Shown one piece after another: positions 1-7,870 of a stretch of DNA of 64,000 nt. The stretch comes from Gammaproteobacteria bacterium GWE2_42_36 (GTDB lineage Bacteria; Pseudomonadota; Gammaproteobacteria; UBA12402): NCBI GenBank assembly GCA_001801305.1, contig MGXH01000002.1, positions 3,054-67,053 of the forward strand, in the 5' to 3' direction. Position 1 is the stretch's first letter, and each line of letters opens with the position of its first letter. A program made the position numbers and the translations under genes. Under the pieces are notes generated by a model. It was not told where the DNA came from. It did no database searches and saw only the letters and a program-made list of their open reading frames with translations.

Positions 1-831
1 CGTAGAAGGTGTTTTTTCTGTTACTGAATCAAGCTGTAATGCATTGCCTGGAGCACACAAGAGAGTACGCAAAATATCGCGAGTGCTATAGCGAGCAGTT
101 CTAACAGCGGTATTGGGTATTTTATCAAAGAGCTTTTTTGCCATTACGCAGTAGCGATGCTGATCGCTTTCTTGGCAGTTTAAAGCAAGAGCAGTTAATT
201 TTTCTGCGCATTGAGTGGCATTTACGTAATCGCTCCTAGCAATATAGCCAAGCCCCTCATGGTAACTACGGTTTGCGTTTTCTTTTTCAGTTAACTCCCC
301 AATTTCCGCTGAAGGTTCAACCTCCTGTTTTAAAGGGGATTTTTCTGAGACTTTTTTGAGAATTTTTTCTGAAGAAACTTCGTTCAGTGGCTTTTGCTTG
401 GGAATTTCTGCAGTTAACTGCACATTCCTCATTGCTTCAAGTAGATCGTTATTGTATTCAATTTGCTTCGATTGGATCGCTGTTGCATGCAATAAACAAC
501 ATTTTGCGGCATTATACGATCGATGCGATTCGAAAGATTTTTCTAAATCAATTAACATTGAAATTATATTTTGAGTATTTTGTGATTGGGAAATAGTAAT
601 GGGTATGCTGACTGCCGCTTTAACACATTCTGATGCTTGAAGGTATAATCCCTTCAGTTGATAGGTTCTTGCGAGATAGAGATGCGCCAGTTTGTTTTTT
701 TTATTCAATAAAATAGCACTTTGAAAAGTCAAAACCAAGCGATGGTATAGTGTTGTGTTATGTTTGTACGCCAATAACTGTTGGAACGCTTGTTGTGCCC
801 ATTTATCGCCGTTAGTATTAGTTGATAACAT
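1..831 (-). CDS. hypothetical protein, N-terminal part only (ORF continues beyond window start)
   Basis: Minus-strand ATG at about 831, hand-translated as MLSTNTNGDKWAQQAFQQLLAYKHNTTLYHRLVLTFQSAILLNKKNKLAHLYLARTYQ... with no stop before position 1. It is absent from the ORF track because it has no in-window stop. Helical and Lys/Glu-rich, with no recognisable catalytic motif. Confidence 0.45.
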   Translation of the reverse strand, partial: MLSTNTNGDKWAQQAFQQLLAYKHNTTLYHRLVLTFQSAILLNKKNKLAHLYLARTYQLKGLYLQASECVKAAVSIPITISQSQNTQNIISMLIDLEKSFESHRSYNAAKCCLLHATAIQSKQIEYNNDLLEAMRNVQLTAEIPKQKPLNEVSSEKILKKVSEKSPLKQEVEPSAEIGELTEKENANRSYHEGLGYIARSDYVNATQCAEKLTALALNCQESDQHRYCVMAKKLFDKIPNTAVRTARYSTRDILRTLLCAPGNALQLDSVTEKTPST

Positions 832-1075
832 TTGTGCGCCTTTGTTTTATTATTAATTTTATTGTTTTTATCAGCGTGCAAAAGAATAACTGATCAACCT
901 TAAGAGCAGATTAAGAAAAACGGTTAACTGCGAAAAAAATGGAATTTTTTATGAAAATTTAGCGAATAATGGAATTACTTCAATGTGTGTGAATTCTGAT
1001 GAGATAGGAGAAATAGATTCCTGTTTTTACAAGAACCCAAGAAAAAATACCACGCGGTGAAAAGAGGAATTAAAT

Positions 1076-1537
1076 TCAAATACTTTCGTGTGCAAGCAAC
1101 CATTTTTTAATTTCGAGAAAAAAGGCTTTATCTTTTCCGCAAAATCCACCGAGTCCATTTTGTGCGACGACACGATGGCAGGGGATGACGATAGGAATGG
1201 GGTTCGTGCGACAACCGGCTCCGATCGCTCGAGCACCTGTGTCGAGGGTTTTTGCAAGTTCACCGTAGGTGGCTGTTTTACCCGTCGTAATTTTGCAGAG
1301 TCGTTGCCAGACTTTATTTTGAAACGGCGTACCGTTTAATTGGATAGGAATATTGAATACTGTTTTTGGATTTTTAAAATAGTATTCGAGTTGTTGGACA
1401 ACGTTTTTTGAAAACGTATCTTTCGGCGCTATTTCTTTTGCCGCATGCGGTAAGAAATGCAAAGCAGTAAGGTGATCATTGTCAGTGATAATGCCGATTT
1501 TCCCGACAGGGGTTTTGATGACTGCAGTATAAGGCAT
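1076..1537 (-). CDS. ogt: methylated-DNA--protein-cysteine methyltransferase
   Basis: 153 aa carrying the MGMT active-site signature IPCHRVV and helix-turn-helix context (TATYGELA). Confidence 0.85.
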   Translation of the reverse strand: MPYTAVIKTPVGKIGIITDNDHLTALHFLPHAAKEIAPKDTFSKNVVQQLEYYFKNPKTVFNIPIQLNGTPFQNKVWQRLCKITTGKTATYGELAKTLDTGARAIGAGCRTNPIPIVIPCHRVVAQNGLGGFCGKDKAFFLEIKKWLLAHESI

Positions 1538-1641
1538 ATTATCACCTCCATCGGTCTGAATGCCGGATGCTTTTTACAAATGATCTACTGGATCCCGCAA
1601 TCCGTCACCCCGCGGCTTGACCGCGGGATGAGAAAGTTTTT

Positions 1642-2085
1642 TTATTCTGCAACCGACTCAGCTTGTGCCGCGATTTCCGCTTTACTGGCTTCTTGCATTG
1701 CTAACAAGGTTTGTTCAGCAGAATTTTTTTTCTTCTTACCGACTTTCTCTTTAATGCGAGCCGCTTTACCACTTAATTCACGCAAGTGATAGAGCTTCGC
1801 TTTTCTCACATCGCCATGACGTTTGACGGTAATGCTGTCGATCAAGGGGCTGTGTGTTTGAAAAGCTCTTTCAACGCCTTCGCCGTGTGAAATTTTTCTG
1901 ACGGTGAAGGAGGAGTTTAATCCACGATTACGTTTGGCAATGACAACACCTTCAAAAGCCTGCAATCGTGTACGATCGCCTTCTTTCACTTTAACTTGGA
2001 CGACAACCGTATCGCCTGCTTTAAATTCCGGCACATCTTTTTTGATATGCTCTTTTTCGATCATTTGAATGATTTTGTTTGTCAT
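1642..2085 (-). CDS. rplS: 50S ribosomal protein L19, with a roughly 30-aa Lys/Ala/Glu-rich C-terminal extension
   Basis: L19 core ([20 protein letters not shown]...[13 protein letters not shown]) is present. It lies downstream of trmD with the typical 4-nt overlap. At 147 aa it is longer than the usual ~115 aa. Confidence 0.9.
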   Translation of the reverse strand: MTNKIIQMIEKEHIKKDVPEFKAGDTVVVQVKVKEGDRTRLQAFEGVVIAKRNRGLNSSFTVRKISHGEGVERAFQTHSPLIDSITVKRHGDVRKAKLYHLRELSGKAARIKEKVGKKKKNSAEQTLLAMQEASKAEIAAQAESVAE

Positions 2086-2837
2086 AGTTGTTTCCTCAGT
2101 TTCTCTTCGTAGTCTTTTATAAACTCGTTCAATAATCTAGTTTGCAACGCATCCAGTTGCAACGTTTGTAATAAATCAGGCCTTCTTAACCATGTTTTTC
2201 CTAACGCTTGTTTGAGTCGCCACGTTGCAATTGCTTGGTGGTCGCCACTCAATAAAACGCTAGGCACAGCCAGCCCATTTATTATTTCCGGCCTTGTGTA
2301 ATGCGGATATTCTAGCAAGCCTTCCGAAAAAGATTCTTGCTCGATGGATGCTTCATCACCCAATGCCCCTGGTAATAATCGCGCTATTGTATCAACTATT
2401 ACCATAATTGCTAGTTCGCCGCCGCTTAAAATGTAATCTCCGATCGACCATTCTTCATCAACGAGGGTGTCGAGCAGTCGTTCGTCGATGCCTTCGTATC
2501 GCCCCGCTACAAAAATCAGTTGATTTTCAGTCGCGGCTTGTCCGGCCATCGATTGATTAAACCTTTTACCTTGCGGTGAAACGTAAATCACTTTTGCTTG
2601 AGGTGTCAAATTAGCTTTCGCTTGTTTGATTGCTTTCTCAAGCGGTTCTACTTTCATCAACATGCCGGGCCCCCCACCATAAGGGCGGTCATCGACGGTG
2701 TGATGTTTGTCTGTCGTAAAATCCCGCGGATTTATTGTCGACAAAGTTATTAATTTATTTGCGATTGCTCTGCCGGTAATGCCGAGCTTGAGCGCATCGA
2801 ACATTTCTGGAAACAGGGTAATAATCCCGATTTCCAT
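2082..2837 (-). CDS. trmD: tRNA (guanine37-N1)-methyltransferase
   Basis: 251 aa with SPOUT/TrmD motifs ([19 protein letters not shown]) and rimM-trmD-rplS synteny. Confidence 0.92.
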   Translation of the reverse strand: MEIGIITLFPEMFDALKLGITGRAIANKLITLSTINPRDFTTDKHHTVDDRPYGGGPGMLMKVEPLEKAIKQAKANLTPQAKVIYVSPQGKRFNQSMAGQAATENQLIFVAGRYEGIDERLLDTLVDEEWSIGDYILSGGELAIMVIVDTIARLLPGALGDEASIEQESFSEGLLEYPHYTRPEIINGLAVPSVLLSGDHQAIATWRLKQALGKTWLRRPDLLQTLQLDALQTRLLNEFIKDYEEKLRKQL

Positions 2838-2840
2838 CGT

Positions 2841-3347
2841 TTAAAACTCCGCATCCCAGTCGGCAGTAATGATTCTTTTTTCTGCATCAATGTGAGAAAT
2901 CACTCGATCTCGGATGAAAGGGATTAAATGTCTTTTCTTGCCAACGACAACTAATACGTCGTTCGATCCGGTTTCCATCAGATGATCGACGGCGCCAAGT
3001 AATTCACCGGCTGGATTAACAACCGTCATGCCAACGAGATCGGCCCAATAAAATTCATGGTTCGTTAATGAGGGTAGTGCCGAACGTGAAATGCCGATGG
3101 TTTTATTCGTGTATAATTTGGCGCTTTCAGGGTCATTGATATTTTTGATATGAACAAAAATATGATTGGCTTCATCGACGCGAATATCATCCACATCAAG
3201 TGGTTCCCATGAGGTGGAAGTTTTAATCAACCAGGGATTGTAATCGACAATATTAGTTACCGGGTTGGTATGCGAGGCGACTTTAATCCAACCTTGTAAA
3301 CCATGAGGGCTGCATAATTTGCCAATGGTGATGTAATGATTATTCAT
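2841..3347 (-). CDS. rimM: 16S rRNA processing protein RimM
   Basis: 168 aa with the RimM N-terminal motif (ITIGKLCSPHGLQGWIKV) and position between rpsP and trmD. Confidence 0.85.
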   Translation of the reverse strand: MNNHYITIGKLCSPHGLQGWIKVASHTNPVTNIVDYNPWLIKTSTSWEPLDVDDIRVDEANHIFVHIKNINDPESAKLYTNKTIGISRSALPSLTNHEFYWADLVGMTVVNPAGELLGAVDHLMETGSNDVLVVVGKKRHLIPFIRDRVISHIDAEKRIITADWDAEF

Positions 3348-3420
3348 GCAAAAATTTCAGGTGATCCGGATTTGCACGAAAAATGATATTTTTTCGTGCT
3401 ATTCAGAGTGTGTTAATCGA

Positions 3421-3669
3421 TTAGACTTTCTTGAATTTTTTGACCAATAAGTCAACGCGTTCAGAGGGTTTTGCGCCTTGTTTCACCCAGTGATCAAAAC
3501 GGGCTAAATCGACTTTTATTGCGTGCGTATCGCCATCTTTTGCAATGGCATTGTAATGGCCAATTTTTTCGATGAATTTTCCATCGCGTGAAGCGCTTTT
3601 GTTAGCAACAACGATATCGTAAAATGGTTTCTTCTTTGCGCCTCTTCGGGCTAAACGAATAACGACCAT
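3421..3669 (-). CDS. rpsP: 30S ribosomal protein S16
   Basis: 82 aa beginning MVVIRLARRGAKKKPFYDIVVA, a canonical S16 N-terminus, leading the rpsP-rimM-trmD-rplS operon. Confidence 0.92.
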   Translation of the reverse strand: MVVIRLARRGAKKKPFYDIVVANKSASRDGKFIEKIGHYNAIAKDGDTHAIKVDLARFDHWVKQGAKPSERVDLLVKKFKKV

Positions 3670-3878
3670 GAGTGATTAATCCTCTTTATATATAAAAGGG
3701 GGCTATTCTACGTAAAAAATGTCAATTTTGGAAATGTTTTATTGAGATTGCGTGATTAAATTGGTGATTGACAAGGAAGGATCTCATCGTTTTTATTTTG
3801 CGATGATTTTTTATTTAGGAGACACCCCAGAACACCGGGCTATTATAGCGGGCGTTCTTTATCGGTGTCCATGAGCGC

Positions 3879-4976
3879 TCACTCACGAGGGGGTCGCTTA
3901 CAGGAATCAGATGGCTGCTTCATCAAAAGTTCTATTTCTGCTTCTGTGAGCGCGCGAAATTTTCCAGTTCGTAATTGGGGCGGTAAAGTTAAGTTACCAA
4001 ACGCAATACGCATGAGTCGATTAACTTTCAGCCCTTGTGATTCCAACAATCGTCTGACTTCGCGATTACGGCCTTCGGTGAGAATGACGTGGTACCATCG
4101 ATTGATCCCTGTTCCGCCGGCATTTTCGATTTTCTTGAAGGCAGCTAAACCATCTTCGAGCTGCACGCCACGCAATAGTTGTTGTCGAATCATCGGTGTG
4201 ATTTCGCCCATGATTCGTACGGCATATTTTCGTTCGTATTCGGAAGAGGGATGCATGAGTTTATTGGCGAGTTCGCCGTTATTCGTGAATAATAAAAGAC
4301 CGGATGTGTTGATATCCAGTCGTCCGATGACAATCCATCGGCCGGCCCGTAATGATGGGAGTTGATCAAATACAGTGGGACGTCCTTCCGGATCTTTTCG
4401 CGTGCAAATTTCACCCGTTGGTTTGTGGTAGATGAGTACTTGCGTATCCAGGCATCTTTTACTGAGATTCAATCGAACGGGTTTTCCTTGCACGAGAATG
4501 GTATCGGTTATGACCGCGCGATCGCCAAGTTTTGCCACTTGCCCATTGATTTTCACAGAGCCGGTCTCAATTAAACGCTCCATTTCTCGACGGGAACCAA
4601 AGCCTGCATCAGCCAGAATTTTTTGCAATTTAAAGTGACTGGTTGGGAGGGGAAGCGGATTTGACTGACTCAAGTTTCGTCCGTCATTTTTATGAGAGGT
4701 CGATCTATCACTGCCTGTGGCGCGTTCATTTTTGCTTTGGCGCTCACTTTTTCGCGCAAACGGAGAAGCGCTGGGTTTTCTATCGCTGCTTCTTCGTTGA
4801 CCCTCATTTTTTGACGATGAAGTGCTTCTTTTTAAGGATAGCAACGGCTGTGATTTTTTTGCAGCGGATTTTCGAGCAGCGATGGGTTTAGTTTTCATGG
4901 GGAATATTTTCTTCTGTTGGCATTGTGATGAGTGTTTCGGGTACGTCGTTTTGTTCGGTGTCACTGAGCGAAGCAT
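3879..4976 (-). CDS. rluB: 23S rRNA pseudouridine synthase RluB-like, with a ~110-aa basic Ser/Lys/Arg-rich N-terminal extension
   Basis: S4 domain (LQKILADAGFGSRREMERLIETGSVKING) plus the RsuA/RluB catalytic motif RLDINTSGLLLFTN. It overlaps the scpB 3' end. An alternative start at Met27 (about 4898) is possible. Confidence 0.8.
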   Translation of the reverse strand: MLRSVTPNKTTYPKHSSQCQQKKIFPMKTKPIAARKSAAKKSQPLLSLKRSTSSSKNEGQRRSSDRKPSASPFARKSERQSKNERATGSDRSTSHKNDGRNLSQSNPLPLPTSHFKLQKILADAGFGSRREMERLIETGSVKINGQVAKLGDRAVITDTILVQGKPVRLNLSKRCLDTQVLIYHKPTGEICTRKDPEGRPTVFDQLPSLRAGRWIVIGRLDINTSGLLLFTNNGELANKLMHPSSEYERKYAVRIMGEITPMIRQQLLRGVQLEDGLAAFKKIENAGGTGINRWYHVILTEGRNREVRRLLESQGLKVNRLMRIAFGNLTLPPQLRTGKFRALTEAEIELLMKQPSDSCKRPPRE

Positions 4977-5559
4977 CGCCTTCGACGATATCTTGTGTTA
5001 ATTGTGCTTCTACGTTTTTTTCGATCTCAGTTAAGTCACGAATTTCAGGTAACGTGGGTAACTCTGTCAAACTTTTTAGTCCAAAATGATCGAGGAATTT
5101 TTTGGTTGTTCCATAGAGCGCTGGCTTTCCCGGTACTTCGCGATAACCGATGATATGAATCCATTCGTGATCTAACAACGTGCGAATGATTTGTGTGCTT
5201 ACAGCGACACCGCGAATATCTTCAATTTCGCTACGGGTGATTGGTTGGCGGTAAGCGATTAGCACGAGTGTTTCCAATAAGGCGCGTGAATAACGAGGCG
5301 CTTTTTCTTCAAATAATTTAATCATCCACGGCGAAAATTCACTTTTGACTTGCAACTGATAACCGCTCGCCAATTCTTTGAGCTCAAAACTATGATGCGC
5401 ATAATGTTCGGCCAGCGTGTCCAGTGCTGATTGAATTTCTGCTTTGCTTGGTTGTGCATGCGGATCAAAGAGCGATAACAATTTATCGATCGTTAAGGGT
5501 TGTCCGGCCGAGAGTAAAGCGCCTTCTAAAATGTAATGAATTTGAGTGAGTTCAGTCAT
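4888..5559 (-). CDS. scpB: segregation and condensation protein B
   Basis: 223 aa with ScpB winged-helix repeats (SRALLETLVLIAYRQPITRSEIEDIRGV), directly downstream of scpA. Confidence 0.8.
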   Translation of the reverse strand: MTELTQIHYILEGALLSAGQPLTIDKLLSLFDPHAQPSKAEIQSALDTLAEHYAHHSFELKELASGYQLQVKSEFSPWMIKLFEEKAPRYSRALLETLVLIAYRQPITRSEIEDIRGVAVSTQIIRTLLDHEWIHIIGYREVPGKPALYGTTKKFLDHFGLKSLTELPTLPEIRDLTEIEKNVEAQLTQDIVEGDASLSDTEQNDVPETLITMPTEENIPHEN

Positions 5560-5562
5560 AAT

Positions 5563-6363
5563 TTATGATTCCTTCATCAGCGGAGAACGGATATAAATCG
5601 GCGCGAAAGGCTCAGTTTGGACGAGTTCAATCGCCGATTCTCGAAACAATTCTAAAATAGCAATAAAGGTTACCACTACACCAAGGCGACCTTCTTGCAA
5701 ATCAAAACAATGGGTGAAGAGCGTAAATTGATCATCATTTTGTAAGCGCGATAAAATAACCGACATGCGCTCGCGAATCGATAATGTTTCTTTTTTAATG
5801 TGATGACTCGAGCGCAACTGCGCGCGCTGCATGACGTCATTAAGTGCCAATAATAATTCTCTCAAATCGATGGGTGGCAAAGGACGTTCGAATTCCATTG
5901 CGGGTGGTTTGGCAAACGCTTCAAATGTATCTCGGCCCACACGCGGCAGCGTATCTAAATCTTCCGCTGCTTTTTTATAACGCTCATATTCTTGCAGACG
6001 TTTGATCAATTCAGCCCGAGGATCGACTTCCTCGCCTTCAGGCGTAATCGTGCGGGGTAATAACATGCGTGATTTGATTTCGGCGAGCATGGCGGCCATG
6101 ACCAAATATTCGCCCGCTAATTCTAACCGCATTTCCGTCATGATGTTGATGTATTCCATGTACTGCCGCGTGATTTCAGCAATCGGAATATCTAATACAT
6201 CTAAATTTTGTCGACGAATGAGATACAATAATAAATCGAGAGGCCCTTCAAAAGCCTCTAAAAAAACACGCAAGGCATCCGGCGGAATATATAAATCTTC
6301 CGGCAATTGGGAAAAAAGTTCGCCTTTGACAAGAATGGGCGATGGCGCTGCTGTTTCAGTCAT
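5563..6363 (-). CDS. scpA: segregation and condensation protein A
   Basis: 266 aa ScpA/kleisin family (LDVLDIPIAEITRQYMEYI); the scpA-scpB-rluB gene order is conserved. Confidence 0.85.
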   Translation of the reverse strand: MTETAAPSPILVKGELFSQLPEDLYIPPDALRVFLEAFEGPLDLLLYLIRRQNLDVLDIPIAEITRQYMEYINIMTEMRLELAGEYLVMAAMLAEIKSRMLLPRTITPEGEEVDPRAELIKRLQEYERYKKAAEDLDTLPRVGRDTFEAFAKPPAMEFERPLPPIDLRELLLALNDVMQRAQLRSSHHIKKETLSIRERMSVILSRLQNDDQFTLFTHCFDLQEGRLGVVVTFIAILELFRESAIELVQTEPFAPIYIRSPLMKES

Positions 6364-6494
6364 AAGGTATCAAAAATAATTGTTAAAAAATCGTTGCCAT
6401 TATTGTGGAAAAAGGAGGAAAAGTAAAATGGTTGTTGAGTGTTCGCTATCCGTGATGTTGTTCTTATGCCGACCTCGAGTGTTTGTAAAATCGT

Positions 6495-6516
6495 AAGGGC
6501 GCGCGCAGCATGCCCC
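6495..6516. repeat. REP-like GC-rich palindromic element, copy A (aagggcGcgcgcagcAtgcccc)
   Basis: Matches the 22-23 bp imperfect palindrome also seen at 7626, 7689 and 36844. It sits in the scpA/tsaC divergent intergenic region. Confidence 0.45.
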
Positions 6517-6585
6517 ATATAATAACAGCATGGTGAAGTCATACATGCTTTTCAATCCTTTTCCCAGTCGACAAATTATGTAAAA

Positions 6586-7587
6586 ATGGTGCTTGTGTTT
6601 ATAAGAAAAGCGAAAGACATGTTAATTGAAAACGATATCTTAACAGCCGTTAAATTATTACAGGCAGGCGAAGTGATCGGTTTGCCGACGGAAACCGTTT
6701 ATGGTTTAGCGGCCGATGCGAGCAATCCTGAAGCGGTTAAAAAAATTTTTGCACTTAAAAATCGACCGATTGACCATCCGCTTATTGTGCATATTGCGAG
6801 CGATCGTTATTTGAAAGACTGGGCGATTTCCATTCCTGAGCGAGCCTATCAACTAACCCAGGTATTTTGGCCGGGACCTTTAACCTTAATTTTAAAGAAA
6901 GCGCCGCATGTATCATCGATTATTACAGGCGGGCAAGAGACGATTGGGTTGCGGTGTCCATCGCATCCGGTTGCACAAACAGTATTACAGGCGTTTCAGG
7001 GCGGTGTTGCTGCGCCATCGGCCAATCGATTTGGTTATACGAGTTCGACATCAGCTGACCATGTTCGACAGGATTTTGGCGATAAAATCCCCTTGGTTTT
7101 AGAAGGGGGTGTCTGTCAAGTCGGGATTGAGTCGACAATTGTTGATTTAACCGCTGAATTGCCAACAATCTTGCGCCCGGGGATGATCACACAAGCACAA
7201 TTAGAAGCGGTGTTGCAGTGCCCTGTATTGGTTGGATCCAAACGTTCACCCCGCGTGTCAGGATCGCTCGCTTCGCATTATGCCCCTAAAACGCCGACGA
7301 AAATAATGGCATGGCAAGATTTATTGGCTTATTGCCAAAAGCTACTATTTAGTGATCGTATTGTGGTGATTGCCAGAAAAAAATCGCCTTTTCACCTATC
7401 ACAAATTACTTGGAAAGAATTACCCGATAATGCCGAACGTTATGCGCAATTGCTATATCATACTTTACGCGAGAGTGATCAATTGGGTGCGAGTGAAATT
7501 CTCATCGAGCAAGTGCCACATGAAGGCGATTGGACGGCAATTTGTGATCGCCTCAAAAGAGCGACGACGAGGCCAAATAGGGGTTGA
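6586..7587 (+). CDS. tsaC: L-threonylcarbamoyladenylate synthase, Sua5/YrdC/TsaC family with Sua5 C-terminal domain
   Basis: YrdC fold motifs (LPTETVYGLAADASN, KNRPIDHPLIVHI, PSANRFG) plus a ~130-aa C-terminal Sua5 domain. The start could be Met12 (about 6619). Confidence 0.8.
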   Translation: MVLVFIRKAKDMLIENDILTAVKLLQAGEVIGLPTETVYGLAADASNPEAVKKIFALKNRPIDHPLIVHIASDRYLKDWAISIPERAYQLTQVFWPGPLTLILKKAPHVSSIITGGQETIGLRCPSHPVAQTVLQAFQGGVAAPSANRFGYTSSTSADHVRQDFGDKIPLVLEGGVCQVGIESTIVDLTAELPTILRPGMITQAQLEAVLQCPVLVGSKRSPRVSGSLASHYAPKTPTKIMAWQDLLAYCQKLLFSDRIVVIARKKSPFHLSQITWKELPDNAERYAQLLYHTLRESDQLGASEILIEQVPHEGDWTAICDRLKRATTRPNRG

Positions 7588-7625
7588 GGCTTAGAAGCGT
7601 TGAGAGAACTGCGTTTGTATTTTAT

Positions 7626-7711
7626 AAGGGCACGCGCAGCGTGCCCCTACACATAGAATTTCAGTTTGATTGCACCACATTATCTCGTAAGGACACGCTG
7701 CGCGTGCCCTT
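7626..7711. repeat. pair of inverted REP-like palindromes, copies B (7626-7648) and C (7689-7711), flanking a 40-bp spacer
   Basis: aagggcacgcgcagcgtgcccct and aaggacacgctgcgcgtgccctt are reverse complements with 2 mismatches. Each is itself an 8-bp-stem hairpin. They lie in the tsaC-alaS intergenic region. Confidence 0.5.
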
Positions 7712-7870
7712 ATTAAAATATTTATCACGGAGCGATTCATTCCCCTCTTAATTCACACAAAAATATCAGCAGCCCATAGATTTTGCTGAAGATCTAAAAA
7801 ACTAAAGAGCCTCGTCAATCTTTTTGATATGATCTCAATCAATATTGATCTGGAAGGAATAGAAAAAATC

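Noticed and set aside
356-596. Two overlapping plus-strand ORFs (72 and 69 aa) near the window start
   Set aside because: They are antisense to the longer minus-strand partial ORF (1-831), which has a proper ATG and a continuous frame to the window edge.
1587-1630. GC hairpin (cccgcgg-cttga-ccgcggg) followed by a T-run between ogt and rplS
   Set aside because: The orientation, hairpin then T-run on the plus strand, does not match either flanking gene, since both are minus-strand. It may act as a weak bidirectional terminator but was too ambiguous to list as a feature.
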